Shown: positions 28,197 to 37,635, counted from the first letter of the stretch. The stretch is DNA of 64,000 bases from Clostridia bacterium (GCA_017547755.1 JAFYOX010000117.1:7684-71683), one strand, 5' to 3'. Numbers and translations: made by a program. Notes: generated from the letters alone by a model not told the origin.

Positions 28197-29474
28197 TTAT
28201 TTTTCAGATACATGAATGACAAATTCCGCGAAGATGGAGTTTGCCCATGCGAACCATACGCGGGTGAACTTGTCGGGATTGTCGACGTGGAAGCCTTCGT
28301 GCATCAGGCCGGTGCCGGCAGTGGTGGTTTCGAAGAGATCGAGGATCGCGTTGATTTCGTCATCGCAGGTGGAGGTCAGACCCTGCATTGCGAGAGAAAC
28401 GTGCCAGATGTAGTTCTTCGGGGTATGCGGGCTGCCGATACCCTTTGCAGCGGTGCCTTCGTAGTAGTACGGATTGTTCTTCGAGAGGATGAAGCGGCGG
28501 GTGTTCTGGTAGATCGGATCGTCCGCACCGCAGTATCCGAGGTAGGGGAGAGAGAGCAGGCTCGGGACGTTAGCGTCGTCCATGAAGTTCTGGTTGCCGA
28601 GGCCGTCCGCTTCGTACGCGTAGATGGTACCGAATTCGGGGTGGTCGAAGGTACCGTACTTCTTGATGCCGGCATCGATTTCACCGCGCAGCTTGAGGGC
28701 ACGTTCTGCCATTGCCGCGTCGTTCCATACGGTTTCCGCGATTTCCGCCATGTAGCCGAGGATAACAACGGCGAACATTTCGGACGGGATCAGATAGTGG
28801 AGTTCACACGCGTCGTCGGACGGACGGAAGCCGCTCCAGGTCATGCCGGTGTACGCAACGGGAGTACCCATGCCGTCGCACTTGAGGGTGTCGCTCGGCG
28901 GGCAGTTGCTGCGGGAGAAGCGGTATGCGGACTTTTCCGCGTGATACTGTTCGGTTTCGAAGGTATCGAGGATCTTCAGGCAGGCCTGCTTGAAGGTTTC
29001 GTCGAGGTGTTCGGTCGTGCCGGACGCCTTCATGAAGTGGTATGCGAGGTTGACGGGGTAGCAGAGGGAGTCAACTTCGTACTTGCGTTCCCATGCCATC
29101 GGGTTGTCGAATTCGGTGGTGTCGGCATAGTGACCGCCTTCCTTCTTGGTCTGGTTGAAGGCGTTTGCGTAGGGGTCGTCGAGGATGCAGTATGCCTGAC
29201 GCTGTACGAGGCTGGCAACGAGGGAACGGATGTCCGCGTCGTCTCTGGTGAGATTCAGATAGTGACGGACCTGTGCGGAGGAGTCACGGAGCCACATCGC
29301 CGGGATGTCACCGGTGATGACAAATGCACCGTGTTCGTCGAGTTTGACGGTGGTTTCGATGGTGTTGAGGTAGGTTGCCTTGAACATTTCCGCGATGACG
29401 GGTCTGCCCATCGCAGTCAGGCGTTCCTGTACGCTTTCCACGTACGCTTTCATGTTGTTGGTTACGAGTTCCAT
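28197..29474 (-). CDS. Glycoside hydrolase family 125 (metal-independent exo-alpha-1,6-mannosidase type)
   Basis: 425 aa with no signal peptide. GDIPAMWLRDSSAQV and the (alpha/alpha)6-type motifs MHEGFHVDNP and WFAWANS are present. Confidence 0.8.
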   Translation of the reverse strand: MELVTNNMKAYVESVQERLTAMGRPVIAEMFKATYLNTIETTVKLDEHGAFVITGDIPAMWLRDSSAQVRHYLNLTRDDADIRSLVASLVQRQAYCILDDPYANAFNQTKKEGGHYADTTEFDNPMAWERKYEVDSLCYPVNLAYHFMKASGTTEHLDETFKQACLKILDTFETEQYHAEKSAYRFSRSNCPPSDTLKCDGMGTPVAYTGMTWSGFRPSDDACELHYLIPSEMFAVVILGYMAEIAETVWNDAAMAERALKLRGEIDAGIKKYGTFDHPEFGTIYAYEADGLGNQNFMDDANVPSLLSLPYLGYCGADDPIYQNTRRFILSKNNPYYYEGTAAKGIGSPHTPKNYIWHVSLAMQGLTSTCDDEINAILDLFETTTAGTGLMHEGFHVDNPDKFTRVWFAWANSIFAEFVIHVSEK

Positions 29475-29492
29475 AAGTGTTTCTCCGATATA

Positions 29493-30557
29493 TCAGTTGT
29501 AATTGTTTCCGAGTTTGATGATCCGGCATCCTGCGGCACGCACGATACGGTTATAATAGGCGAGGTATTCGCCGGTTGCGGGCGGAAGAAGTGCATAGAC
29601 TTTTTCCAGTTCCATTTCGTCGGCACGGCGGAGCAGGGTGAAGAGACGGCGGGAAGCTTCCTTGGCGTCACCGCGCGGACCGAGGAGGAGCATCATGCCT
29701 CCGTTGAAGGAGCCGGCGGATTCGTTGTTCGTGAAGATGCCGTAACGGCGGATGGAGGCGGAGTCCCGTTCGACGTAATGGATGAAGGTTTCTTCCGCCG
29801 CATCGATCAGGATAACTTCCGCTTTGGGGGCATAGTGCTTGTACTTCATGCCGGGGGATTCCGGCTTGATGTCATCTGCGAGAGAGGGTTCGATGACCGC
29901 GCGGGAGATCGTGACCTTTGCGCAGACAGTGGACAGCATATCGGCTGTGATGGCGCCCGGACGGAGGATGGTGCATCCGGTGCCGTCTTCGTCGAGCTTG
30001 ATAACGGTCGATTCCAGACCGATCTCACAGTCGCCGCCGTCGAGGATCATGTCGATGCGTCCGTCCATATCCACACGGACATGTTCCGCGTTGGTGGGGG
30101 AAGGGATACCCGAACGGTTGGCGCTCGGTGCCGCGATCGGATGTCCGGAGACTTCGATCAGCTTGTGCGCGACCGGATTCGACGGGCAGCGGATGCCGAC
30201 GGTGGGCATGCCGGCCGTGACGGTGTCCGGAATGATCGCCTTCTTCGGGAGAATGATCGTTAAAGGACCGGGCATGAACCGTTTTGCGAGCGCATAGTAG
30301 AGTTCGTTGGTGTCTGCGATGGCGTCCGCATCTTCGGGCTTTGCAATGTGGACGATCAGCGGATTGTCCGCGGGACGTCCCTTGGCGGTGAAGATTTTTT
30401 CTGCCGATTCGTTCAGAAACGCGCTTCCGGCAAGACCGTATACCGTTTCGGTCGGAATGGCGACGAGACCGCCCTGCTTGATGACTTCGGCTGCGCGCGC
30501 GATGATCGCATCATCATCCGCCGCATGACCGGTGATTTTCAGAAATTCCGTTTTCAT
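29493..30557 (-). CDS. tsaC: L-threonylcarbamoyladenylate synthase (Sua5/YwlC type, TsaC + Sua5 domains)
   Basis: 354 aa with IPTETVYGLAG and KGRPADNPLIVHI, plus a C-terminal Sua5 domain. Confidence 0.88.
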   Translation of the reverse strand: MKTEFLKITGHAADDDAIIARAAEVIKQGGLVAIPTETVYGLAGSAFLNESAEKIFTAKGRPADNPLIVHIAKPEDADAIADTNELYYALAKRFMPGPLTIILPKKAIIPDTVTAGMPTVGIRCPSNPVAHKLIEVSGHPIAAPSANRSGIPSPTNAEHVRVDMDGRIDMILDGGDCEIGLESTVIKLDEDGTGCTILRPGAITADMLSTVCAKVTISRAVIEPSLADDIKPESPGMKYKHYAPKAEVILIDAAEETFIHYVERDSASIRRYGIFTNNESAGSFNGGMMLLLGPRGDAKEASRRLFTLLRRADEMELEKVYALLPPATGEYLAYYNRIVRAAGCRIIKLGNNYN

Positions 30558-31633
30558 TACAGTATTGTTTCTCCGCTTTTCAGTTTTTCGGCGGTCTCGG
30601 CAGTGGCAAGTGCGTCGATCATGTCGTCGAGATTGCCGTTTAAGTAGCTTTCGAGGGAATAGATCGTGTGGTTGATGCGGTGATCGGTGACGCGGCTCTG
30701 CGGGTAGTTGTACGTCCGGATCTTTTCGCTCCGGTCACCTGTACCGACCTGCGATTTTCGTTCGCTTGCGATTTTGTCATGCTGTTCGCGGGTCTTTATA
30801 TCATAAAGCTTCGCGCGGAGCAGCTTCATCGCCTTGTCGCGGTTCTTCATCTGGCTGCGTTCGTCCTGACATTCGATCACGATGCCCGTCGGCTTATGCA
30901 GCATGCGGATGGCAGACTCCGTCTTGTTGACGTGCTGACCGCCCGCACCGCTGGATTTGATGGTTTCGATCTCCAGATCGCTCTGGTTGATTTCGATTTC
31001 GATATCCTCCGCTTCCGGCAGAACGGCGACCGTTGCCGTGGAGGTATGGATGCGGCCGGAAGATTCCGTGTCCGGTACCCGCTGTACGCGGTGGACGCCG
31101 CTTTCGTACTTGAAGCGGGAGTAGGCACCATTGCCCGTGACCATGAACGTGATTTCGCGGAATCCGCCCAGCCCGGTTTCGTTGATGCTGACCGTTTCGG
31201 TCTTGTAACGCTTCATGTCGGAATACATGGTGTACATCCGGTACAGAACGCCGGCGAACAGGGCGGCTTCTTCACCGCCGGCACCCGCGCGGATCTCGAT
31301 CACGACGTTTTTGTCGTCCATCGGGTCCTTCGGAAGAAGAAGGATCTTCAATTCCTCAAAAATCCGTTCGCTGTCTTCCTTGGCGCGCTTGAGTTCCTCA
31401 TTCGCCATTTCCCGCATATCGGGATCGTTTTCCATGTCGAGGATTTCCAGCGCTTCTTCCGCATCGGACTGCGTTTTCTTGTATTCGCGGTACTTTTCAA
31501 TGATCGGCGCGAGAACGGCGCGTTCCTTCATCAGGGAGGTGTACCGTTCCATATCGCCGAGCGTTTCGGGTTTCGCGAGGTCTTCCTCGATGGAATCAAA
31601 CCGGATCTCGGCTTCTTTCAGTCTTTCCAGCAT
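30557..31633 (-). CDS. prfA: Peptide chain release factor 1
   Basis: 358 aa with the GGQHVN motif and the RF1-type tripeptide context IHTSTATVAVLPE. Confidence 0.93.
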   Translation of the reverse strand: MLERLKEAEIRFDSIEEDLAKPETLGDMERYTSLMKERAVLAPIIEKYREYKKTQSDAEEALEILDMENDPDMREMANEELKRAKEDSERIFEELKILLLPKDPMDDKNVVIEIRAGAGGEEAALFAGVLYRMYTMYSDMKRYKTETVSINETGLGGFREITFMVTGNGAYSRFKYESGVHRVQRVPDTESSGRIHTSTATVAVLPEAEDIEIEINQSDLEIETIKSSGAGGQHVNKTESAIRMLHKPTGIVIECQDERSQMKNRDKAMKLLRAKLYDIKTREQHDKIASERKSQVGTGDRSEKIRTYNYPQSRVTDHRINHTIYSLESYLNGNLDDMIDALATAETAEKLKSGETIL

Positions 31634-31672
31634 AATATTCTCTCTATATAAAATATGGGATTATTGTCAGAT

Positions 31673-32314
31673 TCAATGTCCACGGATACTGTCCGCCAGT
31701 TCCTTTGCCTGACGTGCTGCTTCCGTAATTTCGTCAAACCGTCCGCCGCTGATCTGTTCGTCGGACGCAATGAAACTTGCGCCGCAGCAGACGACGTACG
31801 GCAGGGCAAGATAGTCCGCCGCGTTTTTCATGGAAATTCCGCCGGTCGGCATGAAGCGGATGCCCGCGTAAGGTGCGGATACCGCCTTCAGGAATTTGAC
31901 GCCTCCCGCTGCTTCCGCAGGGAAGAATTTCACAAAGGTGAGCCCGAGCGACATGGCAAGTTCGATCTCCGTGGGCGTCATGCACCCCGGAACGACCGGC
32001 ACATCCTTCGCAAGAGCCGCTTCCACAATGGACGGATTCAGACCGGGCGCAACGATGAACTGCGCACCTGCCGCAATCGCTTCGTCCAGCGACTGTTTTG
32101 TCAGCACCGTTCCGGCACCGACGAGCATTTCCGGATGCGCTTCCCGCATCCGATAAATCGATTCCGCTGCCGCCGCTGTACGGAAGGTCACTTCTGCGGT
32201 CGGCATTCCGCCGGCACAGAGCGCTTTCGCCAGATCCGCCGCGCGATTGGCATCGGAGATCTTGATGACCGGTACGATCCCGGTCTCACGCAGAGTATTT
32301 TCTAAATTAACCAT
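31673..32314 (-). CDS. eda: KDPG / KHG aldolase (2-dehydro-3-deoxyphosphogluconate aldolase)
   Basis: 213 aa with GIVPVIK, AGGMPTAEVTFRT and the Schiff-base Lys context TFVKFFPAE. Confidence 0.85.
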   Translation of the reverse strand: MVNLENTLRETGIVPVIKISDANRAADLAKALCAGGMPTAEVTFRTAAAAESIYRMREAHPEMLVGAGTVLTKQSLDEAIAAGAQFIVAPGLNPSIVEAALAKDVPVVPGCMTPTEIELAMSLGLTFVKFFPAEAAGGVKFLKAVSAPYAGIRFMPTGGISMKNAADYLALPYVVCCGASFIASDEQISGGRFDEITEAARQAKELADSIRGH

Positions 32315-32410
32315 AAAAAATACCTCTCACAAAAAACAATCTTTCCGGCCGAACAAAACAAGCCGGAAAACGAGAAATTCAAGCCAAACATCGTACTATG
32401 ACAGATGGAA

Positions 32411-32461
32411 GCTTTTTGAAAAGGGTTCGGGGAAAACTTTTTCTCGAAAAAGTTTTCCCCG
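32411..32461 (+). repeat. REP-like palindromic element, copy 6
   Basis: GCTTTTTGAAAAGGGTTCGGGGAAAACTTTTTCTCGAAAAAGTTTTCCCCG lies 17 nt downstream of the aminopeptidase stop. Confidence 0.8.
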
Positions 32462-32478
32462 AGAAACTTCATTTTAAA

Positions 32479-33891
32479 TTACTTGCAGAAAGCAGTGAAA
32501 GCGAGGTGTGCTTCGTAGAGGTCGGACTTGGAGATGCATTCGAAGGGAGCGTGCATGGAGAGAACCGGTACACCGATGTCCACGGTGTCGATGTTCTGGT
32601 TGGAGATGTACTTCGCAACCGTGCCGCCGCCGCCCTGGTCAACCTTACCGAGTTCCGCGGTCTGCCAGATAACGCCCGCGTCGTCGAAGATCTTGCGTAC
32701 GAATGCAACGTATTCCGCGGAGGTATCGTTGGTACCGCCCTTACCGCCGGAACCGGTGTACTTGGAGAGACCTACGCCGCAGTGCAGGAGAGAAGAGTTG
32801 CGTCTTTCGAATACTTCCGGATAGTTCGGGTCGTAGCATGCGGTAACGTCTGCGGAGAGACACTTGGAGTTCATGCGAACAACGTTTGCGTTGCCGCCGA
32901 GGTTCTTTGCGAGTTCGTCGATGAGGTCAACGAGCAGGCAGCACTGCATACCGGAAACACCGTCGGAACCGGTTTCTTCCTTGTCGGCAAGAACCGCGAT
33001 GTTGGTGTGAACGGAATCCTTGGTTTCCATGAGAGCGGTGAGAGCCGGGTAAGAGCATACGCGGTCGTCGTGACCGTATGCGCCGATGACCCAGCGGTCG
33101 AGACCGACGTCAACAGCGTTCTGTGCGGGAACGATGGAGAGTTCTGCGCTCATGAAGTCGGATTCGGTGATGCCGTACTTTTCGTAGAGCATGATCATGA
33201 CGTTGAGCTTGGTCTTTTCGTCTGCGGGAGTAACCTTGCCGTCTTCTTCGATGTAGGGAGAAGTAGCCATCACGATGTTGAGGCCTTCGCCGGAGAATGC
33301 GCCGCCGAGGGTACGGCCGTTCTGGTCCTTTGCAAGGTGCGGGAGAAGGTCGGTGATACAGAATACGGGATCGCCCGCTTCGTCACCGATGCGTACCTTT
33401 ACGGTGGTGCCGTCTGCCTTGGTAACTACGCCGTGCAGAGCAAGCGGGATGGTTGCCCACTGGTACTTGCGGATACCGCCGTAGTAGTGGGTCTTGAAGT
33501 AGCCGAAGCCGTCGTTTTCATACAGCGGGTGCTGCTTGAGGTCGATGCGGGGAGCGTCGATGTGCGCTGCGCAGATGCGTACGCCGTTTTCGATCGGTTC
33601 GGAACCAACGTGGATAACGAAGAGGTTCTTGCCGCGGTTGTTGAGATATACGTTGTCGCCTGCAGCGAGGGTTTCGCCGAGCTTGTATTCGCGGTAGCCT
33701 GCCTTTTCGAGGATCTCGATGGAAGCGTCAACGGCTTCACGTTCGGTCTTGGATGCGTCGAGCCATGCCGCATAGTCTGCCGCATATGCCTTCGCCTTTG
33801 CGAGGTCTTCCGCAGACTTCAGTTCGAATGCGCTCTTCTTCTTGTAGAACAGTTCTTCCTTGAGAAGCTGGCCCTTGGTCTTGTCACTCAT
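32479..33891 (-). CDS. M18-family aminopeptidase (aminopeptidase 1 type)
   Basis: 470 aa with AAHIDAPRIDLK (the AHTDSP-like motif), HDDRVCSY, DKEETGS and MHAPFE. Confidence 0.75.
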   Translation of the reverse strand: MSDKTKGQLLKEELFYKKKSAFELKSAEDLAKAKAYAADYAAWLDASKTEREAVDASIEILEKAGYREYKLGETLAAGDNVYLNNRGKNLFVIHVGSEPIENGVRICAAHIDAPRIDLKQHPLYENDGFGYFKTHYYGGIRKYQWATIPLALHGVVTKADGTTVKVRIGDEAGDPVFCITDLLPHLAKDQNGRTLGGAFSGEGLNIVMATSPYIEEDGKVTPADEKTKLNVMIMLYEKYGITESDFMSAELSIVPAQNAVDVGLDRWVIGAYGHDDRVCSYPALTALMETKDSVHTNIAVLADKEETGSDGVSGMQCCLLVDLIDELAKNLGGNANVVRMNSKCLSADVTACYDPNYPEVFERRNSSLLHCGVGLSKYTGSGGKGGTNDTSAEYVAFVRKIFDDAGVIWQTAELGKVDQGGGGTVAKYISNQNIDTVDIGVPVLSMHAPFECISKSDLYEAHLAFTAFCK

Positions 33892-33946
33892 GGTGAAATT
33901 TCCTTTCGTGTGTTGAATTTATATTTTAGTTATAAACTAACGGTTT

Positions 33947-34525
33947 TCAGTTCTCGTAATAGAGATCGTGGTACATCTGACTGGCTTTTTCGGCTTCCTT
34001 TACGGCATCGGCGATTTTATCATCGGGGATTTCCGTGAAATTCCCCTTTTCGTCGGTATGATCGCCGCTTTCCAGCCACAGCGCGATCAGTTCCTCATCG
34101 TCCGCCGCATGAACGGCGAGGACGGTGTTCCAGCGTCCGTACTGCGTGTACAGGTAGGACAGCCAGTAGGTTCCGTAGCGGATGTTTGTTTCCGGATCGT
34201 AAAGCATCCCGGGATCGAGGTTTTCCTTGGTCACTCTGGTCAGACGTGTGAACGTATCCGGGGACATCTGCATCAGTCCGATCCGTCCGTCTTCCGAGAC
34301 ACGGTTGCTTTCGAATTCACTGCCTGTGAGGATCACACCGTAGATCAGGTATTCCGGCACGCCGTAAGCGGCGGCGTAGGTCTCCACGAACTCGCTGTAG
34401 TCTCTGGGATGGCTGCGCAGATCGATGCGGTGCCAGACGGACGAGTAGATATACCCGATCAGCACGGACAGGAGCAGGATGACAATAATGACAAAACTGC
34501 GCAGTACGGCGTGTTTCAGTTTCAT
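33947..34525 (-). CDS. Lytic transglycosylase (SLT domain) membrane-anchored protein
   Basis: 192 aa with an N-terminal TM span and SLT motifs GSEFES and GLMQMSPDTF. Confidence 0.75.
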   Translation of the reverse strand: MKLKHAVLRSFVIIVILLLSVLIGYIYSSVWHRIDLRSHPRDYSEFVETYAAAYGVPEYLIYGVILTGSEFESNRVSEDGRIGLMQMSPDTFTRLTRVTKENLDPGMLYDPETNIRYGTYWLSYLYTQYGRWNTVLAVHAADDEELIALWLESGDHTDEKGNFTEIPDDKIADAVKEAEKASQMYHDLYYEN

Positions 34526-34537
34526 GAGCGTACCGCC

Positions 34538-35188
34538 TTATTCGTAATGTTCATCGCGTACCGCGTGCAGGCTTTCCGTACAGCGTTTCACCCGTTCGTA
34601 GAGGACCGGACGTTCGTCGTCGTTGAAGATGACGTAATCGGCGCGGTCTTCGAGTTCTTCGCGGGTCTTCTGGCTGGCGAGGCGCTTTTTTGCATCCTCT
34701 TCGGAGAGACCGTCCCGCTTCATGATCCGGGAAACGATGACGTCTTCCGGTGCGGTCACGCAGACCACACGTTCGCACATCCGGTCAAATCCGCTTTCGT
34801 ACAGGACGGGCGCGTCGATCAGAACGATCGGAGAGCCGTCACGGAAGTACTGTTCCGCGGTTTCCTGCGTCTTTTCGAGAATGTGCCGGTGGGTGATCCG
34901 GTTGAGATCGGCAAGCGCTTCTTTATCGCCGCCGAAAACGAGCGAGCGCATGACGGCGCGGTTCAGCGAGAGATCCGCCGAAAGGATCTGTTCCCCGAAA
35001 CGGGCGATCAGCTCGTTCATGCAGGGAGACAGCATGGAGCGATCCTCTGCAGGGGAGGTCATTTTACGGTAGACGGCATCCGTATCGACGGACGGGATCC
35101 CGTATTCCGCAAACATTTTTGCAATATATCCTTTGCCCGACCCGCTCCGTCCGCAGAGCCCGACGAGCATGACACCGTTCTTTTTCAT
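34538..35188 (-). CDS. coaE: Dephospho-CoA kinase
   Basis: 216 aa with P-loop GLCGRSGSGKG, IPSVDTDAVY and LIDAPVLYESGF. Confidence 0.85.
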   Translation of the reverse strand: MKKNGVMLVGLCGRSGSGKGYIAKMFAEYGIPSVDTDAVYRKMTSPAEDRSMLSPCMNELIARFGEQILSADLSLNRAVMRSLVFGGDKEALADLNRITHRHILEKTQETAEQYFRDGSPIVLIDAPVLYESGFDRMCERVVCVTAPEDVIVSRIMKRDGLSEEDAKKRLASQKTREELEDRADYVIFNDDERPVLYERVKRCTESLHAVRDEHYE

Positions 35189-35369
35189 TTTATACTTCTA
35201 TCCTTCATCCTGTGGCGTATAAAAATTCGGAATTCATATTATTTTACCACACAAATTTCCACTTTTCAAGACGGAAACGGAAGTATTTAATCATTGTTCA
35301 CAAGAAAACCGCAGGAGAAACGGCGTTTCTTCCTTTCCGGAAAATCATTTTCCGGATCCTTTTAAAAAC

Positions 35370-35418
35370 TTGTTGACAAAACAACAACTTTGTGATATAA
35401 TTCAGTTGTTTTTACAAC
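35370..35418 (+). promoter_or_regulatory. Consensus promoter TTGACA-17-TATAAT flanked by two related palindromes (candidate MarR autoregulatory operators)
   Basis: TTGACA is at 35373-78 and TATAAT at 35396-401, with an extended TG. Palindromes are TTGTTGacaaaaCAACAA (35370-87) and GTTGTttttACAAC (35405-18). Confidence 0.55.
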
Positions 35419-35433
35419 AAGCAGGAGGAGACC

Positions 35434-35922
35434 ATGGAAGAACGATTCAAGACATTTACGGTACTGATTGCCGGAGTGAGCCGGTGCATCCGCCGGATCA
35501 AAACCGGAGAAATGGCGGAATTTCAGCTTGGCAGTACCCATGTGTCGTGTCTGTACTACCTCAGCAAGGCAGAGACACTGACATCCAAGGAACTTTGCGA
35601 AATCTGCGAGGAGGACAAGGCGAATATTTCCCGTTCGATCAAATATCTGGAGGAAAACGGTTTTATCACCTGTACCTCCCGGACCAGAAAGCGCTACCTC
35701 GCACCGCTCTGTCTGACGGAAAAGGGACGGGAAGCCGGAGACCGGATTTCGGAAAAGATCGACCGGATCCTGGCGGAAGCCAGTGAAGGTCTCAGCGAAG
35801 AAGAACGTGCGATTTTTTACCGGAGTCTGACCCTGATTCACAATAATCTTCAGAAAATCTGTGCAGAATATGAAAATAACGAAGCCGCTGCGGCGAAAGG
35901 AAGAAAATCCACCGATGAATAA
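35434..35922 (+). CDS. MarR family transcriptional regulator
   Basis: 162 aa with GGAGGAG RBS and a winged-HTH region LTSKELCEICEEDKANISRSIKYLEENGFI. Confidence 0.8.
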   Translation: MEERFKTFTVLIAGVSRCIRRIKTGEMAEFQLGSTHVSCLYYLSKAETLTSKELCEICEEDKANISRSIKYLEENGFITCTSRTRKRYLAPLCLTEKGREAGDRISEKIDRILAEASEGLSEEERAIFYRSLTLIHNNLQKICAEYENNEAAAAKGRKSTDE

Positions 35923-37612
35923 CAGAGATGCAATCCATAAGAAAATAGAATTTACCAACATGCGCCGGCTCATCGAATGGGCGGCGGAGACCTACGGCGA
36001 AAAATATGCGTATTCCTTTAAGGAAGACCCGCTGCACGGCGAGGTGATCCATGTCACGTTCACGCAGCTGCGTGATGATGTACGTGCGCTGGCGAGCCGT
36101 CTTCTCCGGATGGGATGTGCCGGACGACACTGCGTTGTGACCGGCAAGCCGTCCTACGAGTGGGTCCTGGTTTATTTTGCCGTTCTTTCGGTCGGCGGGG
36201 TTCTCGTTCCGCTCGACCGTGACTGGCTGGCGGATGATCTTGCGGATACCGCTGCCAGAGCGGATGCCGCGTATGTTTTCTGTGACGCAGACCTCGCGGA
36301 CAAGGCGGACGCGATCGCATCCCGTACCGCGCTCGTACATTCTCCGGTATATCTTCTGGCAAAGGAAAAGGAAAATTCCCTCTCCGCACTTCTCGGAGAA
36401 GGACGCGCTCTGTTCGAAGAGTCCCCGGAAGAATATTTCAATACCCCCATCGACCCGATGAAGATGTCCCTTCTGGTATTCACGTCCGGCACGACCGGCA
36501 AGGGCAAGGGCGTCATGCTCTCGCAGAACGCCGTTCTTTCGAATATGGCGGACGCGATCCCGTACATCGATTTTGCGGACAAAACCGTCGGCGTCCTGCC
36601 GCTGCATCATACGTACGGTTCGAGCGTCATGCTGGCGGCACACGTCATGATCGGCTGTGAAAATTATATTTCCGCAGGACTCCGCTACGTGCAGAAGGAA
36701 CTGCGCGAACAGAAGCCCGGACATCTTATTCTCGTTCCGCTGTATCTTGAGACGTTCTACCGCCGGATCATGGCAAACCTCAAGGAAAAGGGCAAAGAAC
36801 AGCTCGTGGAACGCATGATCAAGGTCAGCAACGGTCTGCGCAAAGCCGGGATCGACCGCCGCAGTACCTTCTTCAAGGAGATCCGCGCGGCATTCGGCGG
36901 TGAACTGAAGACCGTCATCACCGGCGGTGCTCCCATCAATCCGCAGATCCTTGAATTTTTCGATGCGATCGGTATTTCCACGCTCAACGGATACGGCATC
37001 ACGGAATGTGCGCCGCTGATCTCCTTCAACCGCAGCCGGAACATTGTTCCGGGAACGGTCGGCAATGTTCTCGACATGGATATCGTGACGATCGACGAGC
37101 CGAACGAAGACGGCGAAGGCGAGATCCTTGTCAAGGGTCCGAACGTCATGCTCGGCTATTACAAGGACGAGCAGGCGACGGCGGATGCGTTTGACCGCGG
37201 GTATTTCCGCACGGGCGACTACGGTACGCTTACCGATGCGGGCATTCTGACCATCACGGGTCGTAAGAAGAATCTGATCATCCTTTCGAACGGCAAGAAT
37301 GTCTATCCGGAAGAAATCGAAAACGAACTGGCGGCTACTCCCGGCATTCTCGATATCGTTGTTTACGAAGGACAGAGCCGGCGCGGCATTTCCAACAATG
37401 CGATTGTGGCGGAAGTGTATCCGGATATGGACTTCATGAATGCCAACGGCATCACGGATGTGGAAGCTTATCTCAAGCCGTACGTGGATGCGTTCAACCG
37501 GAAGACGGTACCGTACAAGAAGATCGCGGTTCTGAAGATCCGCCGTACGGAATTCCCGAAGAATACGCTCCGCAAGATCATGCGCTTCCAGCTCGACATG
37601 ACGATCGACTGA
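35915..37612 (+). CDS. AMP-dependent synthetase/ligase (long-chain-fatty-acid--CoA ligase type)
   Basis: ORF track gives 35861..37612. The start is ATG 35915, overlapping the marR stop. AMP-binding motifs LVFTSGTTGKGKGV, YGITE, TGDYG and GRKKNLI are present. Confidence 0.85.
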   Translation: MNNRDAIHKKIEFTNMRRLIEWAAETYGEKYAYSFKEDPLHGEVIHVTFTQLRDDVRALASRLLRMGCAGRHCVVTGKPSYEWVLVYFAVLSVGGVLVPLDRDWLADDLADTAARADAAYVFCDADLADKADAIASRTALVHSPVYLLAKEKENSLSALLGEGRALFEESPEEYFNTPIDPMKMSLLVFTSGTTGKGKGVMLSQNAVLSNMADAIPYIDFADKTVGVLPLHHTYGSSVMLAAHVMIGCENYISAGLRYVQKELREQKPGHLILVPLYLETFYRRIMANLKEKGKEQLVERMIKVSNGLRKAGIDRRSTFFKEIRAAFGGELKTVITGGAPINPQILEFFDAIGISTLNGYGITECAPLISFNRSRNIVPGTVGNVLDMDIVTIDEPNEDGEGEILVKGPNVMLGYYKDEQATADAFDRGYFRTGDYGTLTDAGILTITGRKKNLIILSNGKNVYPEEIENELAATPGILDIVVYEGQSRRGISNNAIVAEVYPDMDFMNANGITDVEAYLKPYVDAFNRKTVPYKKIAVLKIRRTEFPKNTLRKIMRFQLDMTID

Positions 37613-37635
37613 TCTGCAATACTATATTATAATGA

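Noticed and set aside
30557-31633. A programmed +1 frameshift, as in release-factor genes.
   Set aside because: The frameshift site is a feature of prfB (RF2). This gene is RF1 (an uninterrupted ORF with the RF1-type tripeptide context and GGQ).
2971-32461. The recurring palindromic ~50-bp elements as a CRISPR array or fragments of one.
   Set aside because: The copies are kilobases apart rather than separated by regular 25-40-bp spacers. They occur singly, or as one inverted pair, in intergenic gaps, and there are no cas genes in the window.
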